A DNA stretch of 63,891 nucleotides, filler included, from Vicugna vicugna (taxonomy: Eukaryota), in the NCBI GenBank assembly GCA_013265495.1. It is 78 parts of 76 records of this genome, joined end to end, with 100 filler letters (N's around TTAATTAATTAA, not from the genome) between each part and the next. Parts side by side here need not be neighbours in the genome. Positions count along the whole stretch, not along the records: positions 11,753 to 12,213 come from PNXW01008504.1; positions 12,314 to 12,789 come from MU059275.1; positions 12,890 to 13,416 come from PNXW01008510.1; positions 13,517 to 14,314 come from MU059277.1; positions 14,415 to 15,489 come from MU059278.1; positions 15,590 to 16,728 come from MU059279.1; positions 16,829 to 17,280 come from PNXW01008518.1; positions 17,381 to 18,460 come from MU059280.1; 70 more parts are not named here. The stretch is one strand, 5' to 3'. A program made the translations under genes and the position numbers. Below are positions 12,066-24,886 of the stretch, piece by piece (the stretch's first letter is position 1; every line of letters starts with the position of its first letter). A model generated the notes under the pieces. It ran no database searches. It was given only the letters and a program-made list of their open reading frames with translations, and was not told the DNA's origin.

Positions 12066-12313
12066 CTGTTGGAAGAACTTTTCAGTCTCGTGGAGGCGCT
12101 GGCTCGTGCTGTGAGAGAGGAAAATTGAGCCTCGTGCCTCCCTTTCCGTGGGCCTCTTCAAGGCCAGTCATCTTCCCAGAGCTTTCCGGACAGCTCCCAA
12201 CAGCAAGTGCCCANNNNNNNNNNNNNNNNNNNNNNNNNNNNNNNNNNNNNNNNNNNNTTAATTAATTAANNNNNNNNNNNNNNNNNNNNNNNNNNNNNNN
12301 NNNNNNNNNNNNN

Positions 12314-12789
12314 GGGAAGAGAGGTTAAGGTTTCTCTAGAACACTGGCACTGCTGTCATTTGGAGGATTTTTCCCAATTCAGGATTCCAGAAGGCAGTCT
12401 TGTGGGAGGGGGATTTCTGTATCCCCACTCCACGTAGATGGATGTGGGCACAGGTGTTCACCTTTAGGGAGAATTGATCTAAATACTTCCACAGTCCATC
12501 GGGGGCANNNNNNNNNNNNNNNNNNNNNNNNNNNTTTCCCTCAGAGCCAGGCCTAGGGAAACACTCAGGGATTACAAGCTATCGGATATTATTAGAACCC
12601 AGGCGGTGCTGTCGCTTGAAATTGCCGGCCCAAACTCAGGATACCTGAACACGTCTTCGTGTGTGGGTTTGAAGTGGGGAAACTGAGTTCATGCATTTTT
12701 ATGGGGGCACAGTTTTTCCCAGGTAGATGATGTTGTTTAAACGTCTTCACTTCTCATAGAGAGGCACTAGCTATTACTTGGTTTAGAGC
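12314..12789 (-). repeat. SatA' diverged satellite
   Basis: ATTAGAACCCAGGCGGTGCTGTC...ACTCAGGATACCTGAAC matches 31201-31260. Confidence 0.75.
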
Positions 12790-14414
12790 NNNNNNNNNNN
12801 NNNNNNNNNNNNNNNNNNNNNNNNNNNNNNNNNTTAATTAATTAANNNNNNNNNNNNNNNNNNNNNNNNNNNNNNNNNNNNNNNNNNNNATCAAATTTAA
12901 GAAATCCCAAAGCGGGAATTTTTGTTTTAAATTGCAATTCAGTGCTGTAATTGAAACAAATGTAATTTAATATTCTACTTTAAAATTGCAAAAGAAACAA
13001 GCTTATTGAATATTTACAAATGTTTATTTTTGCCATTCTTTCACTCAGAGGTTTATCGTTCCCTAGAAGTAATAAAATATCTTGTCATCTTTATAATCCA
13101 TGCACTTGTGGCTTTTCTTAAATGTTCCAAATGTTCCAAAATGATGTTGATAAATAGACTTGTGCACAAGATCCTGGGTTCAATAAGCATTACCTCCATT
13201 AAGGGGCAAACAAACAAACAATCAAAAAACAACGATATAACTGCATATGCAGGCTGAGTTGAAAAAGACCAGGTAATACATTTTAGGAAGCAATATGTTT
13301 CTCAGTCCTGAAACAGTTGGCATTGTTAGTATAGTATGGCATTTTATGGCAAGTGTCTTGTTCACTAATTGTAAATAATAGCTATATTCTGTGTCAGTAA
13401 TCTGTAGTAAATCCAGNNNNNNNNNNNNNNNNNNNNNNNNNNNNNNNNNNNNNNNNNNNNTTAATTAATTAANNNNNNNNNNNNNNNNNNNNNNNNNNNN
13501 NNNNNNNNNNNNNNNNCGATAGTGAACTTTAAAACTCACAGCAAAAGCAGCCAGGGTTAACGCTTGTATCCATACCCTAATCTCAGGTGAATACACAAAG
13601 TAAAATTTTGATTCCAGAGAAGCAGTGGGCTGTTAACATGAAGAAAGTTTAAAGCATGTTAAAACAGTAATTTTATTGGTATCTTTAAGTATAATTTATT
13701 AGAATCACTTATTTATTAGTATCTTTACCTAGGATAAGTATATCATGACTCAAGTTTACTTGCTGAAAAACAATCATGATAAATGACATGGAAAAAAGTG
13801 AACATTGACTTTCCATTTTTTCTTCCACTTTTATGGAGTTATAATTGGCATAAAACATTGTGTAAGTTTAGGTGCACAGGATAGTGATTTGATTTACAAG
13901 TATCATGAAATAAATATCATAGCAACTTTAGGGAGAATTCATTATCTCATTTANNNNNNNNNNNNNNNNNNNNNNNNNNNNNNNNNNNNNNNNNNNNNNN
14001 NNNNNNNNNNNNNNNNNNNNNNNNNNNNNNNNNNNNNNNNNNNNNNNNNNNNNNNNNNNNNNNNNNNNNNNNNNNNNNNNNNNNNNNNNNNNNNNNNNNN
14101 NNNNNNNNNNNNNNNNNNNNNNNNNNNNNNNNNNNNNNNNNNNNNNNNNNNNNNNNNNNNNNNNNNNNNNNNNNNNNNNNNNNNNNNNNNNNNNNNNNNN
14201 NNNNNNNNNNNNNNNNNNNNNNTTCTATAACACTGCGTTAGTTTCTCTTACACAACATACTGTTTGCTCTTTATAATACATTTCAAATTGATCACCAGAA
14301 TATATCTAGATATGNNNNNNNNNNNNNNNNNNNNNNNNNNNNNNNNNNNNNNNNNNNNTTAATTAATTAANNNNNNNNNNNNNNNNNNNNNNNNNNNNNN
14401 NNNNNNNNNNNNNN

Positions 14415-15489
14415 GAATATAGAATATACAATGTATAACACAGAATATAGAATATAGTCCAGAGATTATAGAACCCAGAATTTTGAACATGGAATTTAGA
14501 ACACAGGATATAGAATATAGAATAGACAATATAGAACCCAGAAATTAGAAGATGGAATTTAGAACACAGGATTTATAATATAGAATACAGAATACAGAAT
14601 ATCGAATTTAGAATATAGAATGTAGAACACAGAATATANNNNNNNNNNNNNNNNNNNNNNNNNNNNNNNNNNNNNNNNNNNNNNNNNNNNNNNNNNNNNN
14701 NNNNNNNNNNNNNNNNNNNNNNNNNNNNNNNNNNNNNNNNNNNNNNNNNNNNNNNNNNNNNNNNNNNNNNNNNNNNNNNNNNNNNNNNNNNNNNNNNNNN
14801 NNNNNNNNNNNNNNNNNNNNNNNNNNNNNNNNNNNNNNNNNNNNNNNNNNNNNNNNNNNNNNNNNNNNNNNNNNNNNNNNNNNNNNNNNNNNNNNNNNNN
14901 NNNNNNNNNNNNNNNNNNNNNNNNNNNNNNNNNNNNNNNNNNNNNNNNNNNNNNNNNNNNNNNNNNNNNNNNNNNNNNNNNNNNNNNNNNNNNNNNNNNN
15001 NNNNNNNNNNNNNNNNNNNNNNNNNNNNNNNNNNNNNNNNNNNNNNNNNNNNNNNNNNNNNNNNNNNNNNNNNNNNNNNNNNNNNNNNNNNNNNNNNNNN
15101 NNNNNNNNNNNNNNNNNNNNNNNNNNNNNNNNNNNNNNNNNNNNNNNNNNNNNNNNNNNNNNNNNNNNNNNNNNNNNNNNNNNNNNNNNNNNNNNNNNNN
15201 NNNNNNNNNNNNNNNNNNNNNNNNNNNNNNNNNNNNNNNNNNNNNNNNNNNNNNNNNNNNNNNNNNNNNNNNNNNNNNNNNNNNNNNNNNNNNNNNNNNN
15301 NNNNNNNNNNNNNNNNNNAATATAGTATACAGAATACTGAGTATCGAACTTAGAATATAGAATGTAGAACTCAGAATATAGAATAGAGGATACAGAAGGT
15401 AGAATATAGAAGAAAGATTTAAGAATGTAGAACACAAAATATACAATATGAAAAACACAATACAGAACCCAAAATTTAGAACATGGAAT
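14415..15489 (+). repeat. SatC heptamer satellite, gapped
   Basis: GAATATA/GAATACA/GAACACA repeats. Confidence 0.95.
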
Positions 15490-15589
15490 NNNNNNNNNNN
15501 NNNNNNNNNNNNNNNNNNNNNNNNNNNNNNNNNTTAATTAATTAANNNNNNNNNNNNNNNNNNNNNNNNNNNNNNNNNNNNNNNNNNNN

Positions 15590-16728
15590 GAACAAGAGAA
15601 ATCCCCTGAAAGAAAGATCAATGAAATACACATCGATAGCTACTAGACCAAGATTTCAAAAAAGGAGTGATCAAATTGCTGAAGGAATTAAGAGAGATAG
15701 TGTTTAGAGATATAAAATATGTCAAAAATGAAATTGAAGCTATAAAGAAGAGCCAAGTAGAATGGGTAAACTCATTGACNNNNNNNNNNNNNNNNNNNNN
15801 NNNNNNNNNNNNNNNNNNNNNNNNNNNNNNNNNNNNNNNNNNNNNNNNNNNNNNNNNNNNNNNNNNNNNNNNNNNNNNNNNNNNNNNNNNNNNNNNNNNN
15901 NNNNNNNNNNNNNNNNNNNNNNNNNNNNNNNNNNNNNNNNNNNNNNNNNNNNNNNNNNNNNNNNNNNNNNNNNNNNNNNNNNNNNNNNNNNNNNNNNNNN
16001 NNNNNNNNNNNNNNNNNNNNNNNNNNNNNNNNNNNNNNNNNNNNNNNNNNNNNNNNNNNNNNNNNNNNNNNNNNNNNNNNNNNNNNNNNNNNNNNNNNNN
16101 NNNNNNNNNNNNNNNNNNNNNNNNNNNNNNNNNNNNNNNNNNNNNNNNNNNNNNNNNNNNNNNNNNNNGATTCTAAAGGCAGCAAGAGAAAAGCAAAGAG
16201 TAAGTTACAAGGGAACCCCCATAAGGCTCTCAGCTGATTTCTCTACACAAACACTACAGGCCAGAAGGAAGTGGCAAGATATATTCAAAGTCCTGAATGA
16301 AAAAAAAGATGCAGCCTAAGATACTTTATCCAGGCTATCCTTTAGGATAGAAGGAGAAATAAAGAATTTCACAGACAAGAAAAAGCTGCAGGAGTTTAGC
16401 AACACTAAACCCATGCTAAAAGAAATATTGAAAAGTCTATTCTAAATAGAAAAGCAGCAGGATGCTACAGAAATGAGAAATTCACAACTGGAAAGGTGAT
16501 AACTCATGAATTACAAATAAAATAAAAATGAAATTATAAAAGAAGACATACAAATCACTGAGAGGGGGAGAGGGAGGCAGGGAAATATAGAATATTTTTT
16601 TTCTTTTTAAAAATTTTTTAACGGTAGGATGGGTTTGATCATGTTACTATCAGTTTAATAAAAATCGTTAACGAAAAAGGGTCACCACAAGCCAAAAACT
16701 TACAAGGGAGTCACAAAAATTAAATAAA
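15590..16728 (+). mobile_element. Relatively young L1: ORF1 and inter-ORF region, disrupted
   Basis: ILKAAREKQRVSYKGTPIRLSADFSTQTLQARRKWQDIFKVLNEK is the L1 ORF1p C-terminal part. There is a frameshift in the A-run at ~16300, and ORF1 ends near 16445. Confidence 0.92.
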
Positions 16729-16828
16729 NNNNNNNNNNNNNNNNNNNNNNNNNNNNNNNNNNNNNNNNNNNNTTAATTAATTAANNNNNNNNNNNNNNNN
16801 NNNNNNNNNNNNNNNNNNNNNNNNNNNN

Positions 16829-17280
16829 GGAATGAAGAACACAGAATTTAAAATATAGAATACCGAATACTGATTATAGAATTTGTAATATAGAATGTAG
16901 AACACAGAATATGGAATACGGCATGCAAAATATACAATAAAAAACATAGAAGTCAGAACACAAAATATAGAATATGGAAAACAGAATACAGAACCCAGAA
17001 ATAAGAACATGGAATGCAGAGCACAAAATTTAGAATATAGTATACAGAATACTGACTACAGTATTTAGAATATAGAATGCATAACACAGAATTTAGAATA
17101 TAGAAAGTATAATACTGAATAAAGAATTTATAAATAGGAATTCAGAACAATCAGAACACAAATTTAGAATATAGAATACAGAATACTGAATATAAAATTT
17201 AGAATATAGAATGTATAACACAGAATAAAGAAAAAAGAATACAGAATGCAGTATATAGAATACAGAATATTGAATATAGA
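16829..17280 (+). repeat. SatC heptamer satellite
   Basis: 7-bp periodicity. Confidence 0.95.
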
Positions 17281-17380
17281 NNNNNNNNNNNNNNNNNNNN
17301 NNNNNNNNNNNNNNNNNNNNNNNNTTAATTAATTAANNNNNNNNNNNNNNNNNNNNNNNNNNNNNNNNNNNNNNNNNNNN

Positions 17381-18460
17381 AGAATACTGAATATAGACTA
17401 TAGAACATAGAATGCGGAACACAGATTTAGAATATAGATAACAGAATACTGAATATAGAATTTCGAATATAGAATGTAGAACAGAGAATATAGTATATAG
17501 AATAAAGAATACTAAATATAGAAATCAGAATATAGAATGTAGAACACAGATATAGAATAGAGAATAGAGAACCCAGAATTTAGAATATGGAATGCAGAAC
17601 ACAGAATTTAGAGTATATAAAACAGAATACTGAATATAGAATTTAGAATATACAATGTAGAACGCAGAATATAGAATAAAGACTTCTGAATGCAGAATAT
17701 AGAATACAGAATATTGAATGTAGATCACAGAATATAGAATATGGAAAACTGAACACAAAACCCAGAATTGAGAACATGGAATGCAGAAAACAGTGTTTAG
17801 AATATAGAAAAGAGAATACTGAATATAGAATTACGAATATAGTATGTAGAACACAGAATTTAGAATATAGAATAAAGAATACTGAATATAGAACTTAGAA
17901 TATAGAATGTAGAACACAGAATATAGAATANNNNNNNNNNNNNNNNNNNNNNNNNNNNNNNNNNNNNNNNNNNNNNNNNNNNNNNNNNNNNNNNNNNNNN
18001 NNNNNNNNNNNNNNNNNNNNNNNNNNNNNNNNNNNNNNNNNNNNNNNNNNNNNNNNNNNNNNNNNNNNNNNNNNNNNNNNNNNNNNNNNNNNNNNNNNNN
18101 NNNNNNNNNNNNNNNNNNNNNNNNNNNNNNNNNNNNNNNNNNNNNNNNNNNNNNNNNNNNNNNNNNNNNNNNNNNNNNNNNNNNNNNNNNNNNNNNNNNN
18201 NNNNNNNNNNNNNNNAATTTAGAATATAGAATGTAGAATACAGTAATAGAATACAGCATGCAGAATATACAATATTGAATATAGAATGCAGAACACAGAA
18301 TTTATTATATAGAATAAAGAATACTTTATATAAAATTTAGAATATTGAATGTTGAACACAGAATATAGAATAGAGTATAGAGTATATAGAACCCAGAATT
18401 GAGAATATGGAATGCTGAACACAGAATTTAGAATATAGAAAACAGAATAATGAATATAGA
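17381..18460 (+). repeat. SatC heptamer satellite
   Basis: 7-bp periodicity. Confidence 0.95.
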
Positions 18461-19297
18461 NNNNNNNNNNNNNNNNNNNNNNNNNNNNNNNNNNNNNNNN
18501 NNNNTTAATTAATTAANNNNNNNNNNNNNNNNNNNNNNNNNNNNNNNNNNNNNNNNNNNNTTATATTTATGCTAATTAGTGACCTCTCAGGACAAAAGGC
18601 ACATAGAAAGGGAGTCATTCCTAATAAACTATTTTTCCAAGCCTTGCCTAACTGGGAAACAAGTGGCTTCACAATGTTAGAGCACCTTCCAGGCCCCGGG
18701 GAAATCTCTTTGTCAGAGTTACACTTGCTGATGTTGTCCTGTGCCAAGTGCAAGCACATGCGGTTCGGAAGCTGCCCAGAGGCGGACTCCGGGGATTCCT
18801 TCTCCGTACCTGACCACAACCACAGAGGTGATTTTAAATCTCTGAAAACTGCCATACCAGTGTATATCACAACCCCTACAAGATATGTTGAATAAAGTAG
18901 AAAACTTTAGGTGCCTCCTTTAGGATAGAAATAGGATACAAATAAATCATGATTTAAAAAATTCTAGTGCCCGAATAAGTGCTACATTACACTGGCTGCA
19001 TTATTAGGTTAGACAACTTCATTACTGCTTTCCATACCACATCCTCTAGTTAGATTTTATTTATGTTTTTTCTTCACTAAAGAAAAAAAATCGTATGATG
19101 CATTTTTGTGTCAGAGGTGATGAGCAGAGAGCAAGTGTAAAACTGGAAATCATGATGCTGGTCAGTCTAATATCAGCTCAGTCACTGCACAGATCATNNN
19201 NNNNNNNNNNNNNNNNNNNNNNNNNNNNNNNNNNNNNNNNNTTAATTAATTAANNNNNNNNNNNNNNNNNNNNNNNNNNNNNNNNNNNNNNNNNNNN

Positions 19298-20192
19298 TTA
19301 GGCATTCCGTTAGAACCCAAGCGCTGCCGACCGTTTTTGGAAACTAACACGCTCAGGATTCCGGAACCATTGTCAGTGCGTGGGGAGCTTGAGAGACAAC
19401 TCCACGCAGCTCTCTTCAGTCACAGGTGTTCCCTGTACGGGAAAGTCTGGGAAATACCTTCCATGACCTAGGGGAGGCAGCCTCGGTCACTGGGATATCC
19501 TGCAATCACCCCTAGCATTCCCTGGCACAGAGACATTAGGAAAACCCTCAGGGGAGACGAGCTTAGGCATTCCGTTAGAACCNNNNNNNNNNNNNNNNNN
19601 NNNNNNNNNNNNNNNNNNNNNNNNNNNNNNNNNNNNNNNNNNNNNNNNNNNNNNNNNNNNNNNNNNNNNNNNNNNNNNNNNNNNNNNNNNNNNNNNNNNN
19701 NNNNNNNNNNNNNNNNNNNNNNNNNNNNNNNNNNNNNNNNNNNNNNNNNNNNNNNNNNNNNNNNNNNNNNNNNNNNNNNNNNNNNNNNNNNNNNNNNNNN
19801 NNNNNNNNNNNNNNNNNNNNNNNNNNNNNNNNNNNNNNNNNNNNNNNNNNNNNNNNNNNNNNNNNNNNNNNNNNNNNNNNNNNNNNNNNNNNNNNNNNNN
19901 NNNNNNNNNNNNNNNNNNNNNNNNNNNNNNNNNNNNNNNNNNNNNNNNNNNNNNNNNNNNNNNNNNNNNNNNNNNNNNNNNNNNNNNNNNNNNNNNNNNN
20001 NNNNNNNNNNNNNNNNNNNNNNNNNNNNNNNNNNNNNNNNNNNNNNNNNNNNNNNNNNNNNNNNNNNNNNNNNNNNNNNNNNNNNNNNNNNNNNNNNNNN
20101 NNNNTTGCTGCCGACCGTTGGTGGAACCTCCCGACGCTCAGGATTTTGCAATCATTGTCAGTGCGTTGGGGAGCTCGAGAGACAACTCCACG
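19298..20192 (+). repeat. SatA satellite, gapped
   Basis: Matches the 267-bp monomer. Confidence 0.95.
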
Positions 20193-21246
20193 NNNNNNNN
20201 NNNNNNNNNNNNNNNNNNNNNNNNNNNNNNNNNNNNTTAATTAATTAANNNNNNNNNNNNNNNNNNNNNNNNNNNNNNNNNNNNNNNNNNNNTTAAATTT
20301 TTAAAGTCTGCAAATGAGATATCAACACAATGTCAAACTGGAGTCTTCGCACAATCCCCCCCACCACGGCTGTATAGAAACAAAGAGATAAAAAAAAATC
20401 ACATTTCTGTGAAATGTATCTGGAAAGTGTTGATTCATCGATGCCCAGTTGACAGAGAAGCAGTGCAACCTGCGCTCACTCGCTCCCATGAACACAGCAA
20501 TGGAAANNNNNNNNNNNNNNNNNNNNNNNNNNNNNNNNNNNNNNNNNNNNNNNNNNNNNNNNNNNNNNNNNNNNNNNNNNNNNNNNNNNNNNNNNNNNNN
20601 NNNNNNNNNNNNNNNNNNNNNNNNNNNNNNNNNNNNNNNNNNNNNNNNNNNNNNNNNNNNNNNNNNNNNNNNNNNNNNNNNNNNNNNNNNNNNNNNNNNN
20701 NNNNNNNNNNNNNNNNNNNNNNNNNNNNNNNNNNNNNNNNNNNNNNNNNNNNNNNNNNNNNNNNNNNNNNNNNNNNNNNNNNNNNNNNNNNNNNNNNNNN
20801 NNNNNNNNNNNNNNNNNNNNNNNNNNNNNNNNNNNNNNNNNNNNNNNNNNNNNNNNNNNNNNNNNNNNNNNNNNNNNNNNNNNNNNNNNNNNNNNNNNNN
20901 NNNNNNNNNNNNNNNNNNNNNNNNNNNNNNNNNNNNNNNNNNNNNNNNNNNNNNNNNNNNNNNNNNNNNNNNNNNNNNNNNNNNNNNNNNNNNNNNNNNN
21001 NNNNNNNNNNNNNNNNNNNNNNNNNNNNNNNNNNNNTATGTCCCCTCCCAGGGCATCTGCAGGACCAGAGACCAATTTGACATTTTTCCAATAGAGGATG
21101 GGTGGGGCTAAATCAGAGATATTGTGCATCGGGTCTGAGGGATCCANNNNNNNNNNNNNNNNNNNNNNNNNNNNNNNNNNNNNNNNNNNNTTAATTAATT
21201 AANNNNNNNNNNNNNNNNNNNNNNNNNNNNNNNNNNNNNNNNNNNN

Positions 21247-22070
21247 GGGAATGCTAGGGGGGTTTGAAGGATATCCCAGAGACAGAGGCTGACTCCCCAA
21301 GGTAAGGGAAGCTATTTCTCGGACATCCCCGAACAGGGAACACCTGTGACTGAAGAGAGCTGCGTGGAGTTGTCTCTCGAGCTCCCCCACGCACTGACAA
21401 TGGTTCCGGAATCTGAGCGTGGGGAGGTTAGACCAACGGTCGGCACCGCATGGGTTCTAACGGAATGCCTAAACTCGTGTCCCCTGGGGGTTTTCCTAAT
21501 GTCTCTGTGCCAGGGATGCTTAGGGTGATTTCCAGAAAATCCCGGTACCGAGGGCGGCTTCCCAAATTTCGGGGAAGTATATCCCGGACTTCCCCGAANN
21601 NNNNNNNNNNNNNNNNNNNNNNNNNNNNNNNNNNNNNNNNNNNNNNNNNNNNNNNNNNNNNNNNNNNNNNNNNNNNNNNNNNNNNNNNNNNNNNNNNNNN
21701 NNNNNNNNNNNNNNNNNNNNNNNNNNNNNNNNNNNNNNNNNNNNNNNNNNNNNNNNNNNNNNNNNNNNNNNNNNNNNNNNNNNNNNNNNNNNNNNNNNNN
21801 NNNNNNNNNNNNNNNNNNNNNNNNNNNNNNNNNNNNNNNCTTCCCTGAACAGGGAACACCTGTGACTGAAGAGAGCTGCGTGGAGTTGTCTCTCGAGCTC
21901 CCCCACGCACTGACAATGGTTCCGGAATCCTGAGCGTGGGGAGGTTCCACCAACGGTCGGCAGTGCGTGGGTTCAAACGGAATGGCTAATCTCGTCTCCC
22001 AGAGTCTTTTCCTAATATCTCTGTTCCAGGGAATGCTAGGGGTGTTTACCAGATATCCCAGTGACCGAGG
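21247..22070 (-). repeat. SatA satellite, gapped
   Basis: Matches the reverse complement of the 267-bp monomer. Confidence 0.93.
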
Positions 22071-22975
22071 NNNNNNNNNNNNNNNNNNNNNNNNNNNNNN
22101 NNNNNNNNNNNNNNTTAATTAATTAANNNNNNNNNNNNNNNNNNNNNNNNNNNNNNNNNNNNNNNNNNNNCTTCTGCTCACAATCTTGCAGCCAGTGTCA
22201 GCTGATAAGACTGGAATGGCAAATATGAGTCCTTTATATGTGTCACCAATTGTGAAGAAAGCCTTTTGTAATCTGGAGAATAGGCAAATTGGCCAAGGTA
22301 AACTCTAGCAACATCCCACCAATATGACCTTTACCAAGAGAAGAAATGAGCCCACTTGCAGCAGGAGAACTCTTTCTGGAGAGCAGTGGTTGTTCCTACA
22401 ACAGAAACGTCAAGATTTTAAGTTTGTCAGCTCATCTCTGATGGTGGCTATGTTGTTGCTTATTAGCAGTCTTCAGATGGGCTGGTTCAGCAGCTAGTTT
22501 CCATCTCACATATCAGAGAATGGGTCTTACCGTGAACATCTTAACAAGGTTATATACTGATAATTCACAAGCTACAGTTTACTTTCAAAATTAAAAATCC
22601 TAAAGAAGAATATTGTTTGTTTGTCCATCTGTAGTTTTCTAACTGGGAGAAGCTAGACTATTGACTAAAGTACAAAAGTTGGCTGTTGCATAGAAAACTA
22701 TTCTCTGAGCTCTGCCCACTGAATTCCTCACACTAAATACTACAAATCTGTCTACCACTGTGTGTTTGTGTGAAGATGGATTGTTAGGCAGTAACTAAGA
22801 TTTTCTTATTTGAGTGATCAGTGAATTATTCCCCTGCATCTGGCAGATTCTCTGTGAATTANNNNNNNNNNNNNNNNNNNNNNNNNNNNNNNNNNNNNNN
22901 NNNNNTTAATTAATTAANNNNNNNNNNNNNNNNNNNNNNNNNNNNNNNNNNNNNNNNNNNNTGTCATTTCACTTT

Positions 22976-23082
22976 ACTTTTTTTAAACATTAAAACAATT
23001 TTTTAGGGGGAGTTAATAAGATTTATTCATTTTATTTTTCTTCCTAAGCATGCAGTCTATCACTTGAGCTACCCCCTTCCCC
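22976..23082 (-). mobile_element. Internally deleted tRNA-derived camelid SINE (Vic-1-like)
   Basis: The minus strand reads GGGGAAGGGGGTAGCTCAAGTGATAGACTGCATGCTTAG...AATAAATCTTATTAACTCCCCC followed by an A-rich tail. It is flanked by a duplicated TCATTTCACTTT (22964 and 23085), a likely TSD. Confidence 0.7.
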
Positions 23083-23360
23083 TTTCATTTCACTTTCTTA
23101 ATGATGTCCTTTGTAACAAATGATTTTCATTTGATGAAGTCCATTTTATCTGTTTTGTTTTATCACTTGTGCTATTGGTATTGTATCTAGGAAGCCATAG
23201 CCTATCCTACGACCACAAAGATTTATACAAAAAACTTTGTCTTCCAAGATTGTTTAGTCTGACCTGGGTCCCTTGCATTTCAATATGAAATTTGGGATCA
23301 GTTTTTCAATTTTTGCAACGAAGTCAGCTGGAATTTTGATAGGGATTTCATTTCATTAAA
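23083..23360 (-). mobile_element. Old L1 ORF2 fragments
   Basis: TTTGATGAAGTCCATTTTATC...GGTCCCTTGCATTTCAATATGAAATTT...GCTGGAATTTTGATAGGGATT are antisense L1 motifs. Confidence 0.7.
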
Positions 23361-23906
23361 NNNNNNNNNNNNNNNNNNNNNNNNNNNNNNNNNNNNNNNN
23401 NNNNTTAATTAATTAANNNNNNNNNNNNNNNNNNNNNNNNNNNNNNNNNNNNNNNNNNNNTTGTCTTTCAAGCAATTTTTCTGGGCTTTTACTAATTTTT
23501 TTGATACGTTTGGTTTTGTTTCTGCCACAGGAAGAGCTAAGCATCTTCCTTGTGTCTTCTGGCTGTGGTGTCACAGGGGGAACAGCAGTGTCTACACTGA
23601 GATTATGCACAGAGTTACTAAAAGGGCTTCATTTTGTGCATCACATCTTTAATCCCCCTGNNNNNNNNNNNNNNNNNNNNNNNNNNNNNNNNNNNNNNNN
23701 NNNNNNNNNNNNNNNNNNNNNNNNNNNNNNNNNNNNNNNNNNNNNNNNNNNNNNNNNNNNNNNNNNNNNNNNNNNNNNNNNNNNNNNNNNNNNNNNNNNN
23801 NNNNNNNNNNNNNNNNNNNNNNNNNNNNNNNNNNNNNNNNNNNNNNNNNNNNNNNNNNNNNNNNNNNNNNNNNNNNNNNNNNNNNNNNNNNNNNNNNNNN
23901 NNNNNN

Positions 23907-24015
23907 GAAATAGTGTGAAACTAGATGGTAGTGATGGTCGCACAACATTGTGAATGCCCCTAATGCTCCTGAATTGCACAATTTAAAAGGGGAAAAGCCT
24001 ATATTTTATTACATG
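23907..24015 (+). mobile_element. L1M-type 3' end fragment
   Basis: ACTAGATGGTAGTGATGGTCGCACAACATTGTGAATG...TGAATTGCACAATTTAAAA. Confidence 0.65.
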
Positions 24016-24292
24016 AAACTCTGGAAAGAAAAATAAAGGATGTCATAAATGATGTGAAACAAGCAAAGGAAACTAAAGAAAATCAAACAAAAACATCTCC
24101 AGCGGAAGGGACGTCAAGTTTGGGGGGGGAATGATGATGGGATTTTGGAGAACATTTTGGAGAAGAAGGTGTAGGTGGGTGCNNNNNNNNNNNNNNNNNN
24201 NNNNNNNNNNNNNNNNNNNNNNNNNNTTAATTAATTAANNNNNNNNNNNNNNNNNNNNNNNNNNNNNNNNNNNNNNNNNNNNGGATACTTAC

Positions 24293-24458
24293 CATCCGAA
24301 GCTTGCAGTTGGGGTGCAGGAGTCCCTCACAGAGGAGCTTGATCCCCATGTCTCCAAGAGCGTTGCCCCGGAGGTAAAGGTACGTGAAATTCTGGTTAGA
24401 GCTAAGCACTGAGGACAGAGCCTGACAACAACCTGATGTGAGGCCAGAATTCACCAAC
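24293..24458 (-). pseudogene. NLRP3: NLRP3-type LRR exon, 166 nt (5 nt short of the canonical 171 nt); possibly a disabled copy
   Basis: CTCTACAG|G followed by [61 protein letters not shown]. This closely matches human NLRP3 [57 protein letters not shown] as I recall it. Identity is confident; pseudogene status is inferred. Confidence 0.75.
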
Positions 24459-24886
24459 CTGTAGAGTGAGCAGAGAGAAGAATCCTCAGGGTCCCAGCCT
24501 TCCTTGGACACTGCACAGCTGTCTCAGCACAGGAACTTCATCTTACCTGAAAAGCTTTATCCTTCAACTTAAAGATCAGGAGCCAGCTTCTTGGGTATAA
24601 GCATGACACCCTATCTCTGGCCCCATACGAGAAACCAAAGATGGTCTCAGAAGGTGCTTTCCTGGGATCAGTAGACAAGACAGAGCAAAAGCATACTGAT
24701 CCACATTCCCTCCACATTCCTCCTTCTTTTTATACATATTACCTCTGGCCATGCATGTTCCTCACTCCCACTTCTTCCAGAAAGACNNNNNNNNNNNNNN
24801 NNNNNNNNNNNNNNNNNNNNNNNNNNNNNNTTAATTAATTAANNNNNNNNNNNNNNNNNNNNNNNNNNNNNNNNNNNNNNNNNNNN

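Noticed and set aside
11808..12161. Leu/Gln-rich 117-aa ORF
   Set aside because: Non-ATG start, and probably a shadow frame of the Ala/Pro repeat.
21515..21598. Locally hyper-divergent SatA stretch
   Set aside because: It lies directly beside a gap and has homopolymer-type changes, consistent with low-quality read-end sequence.
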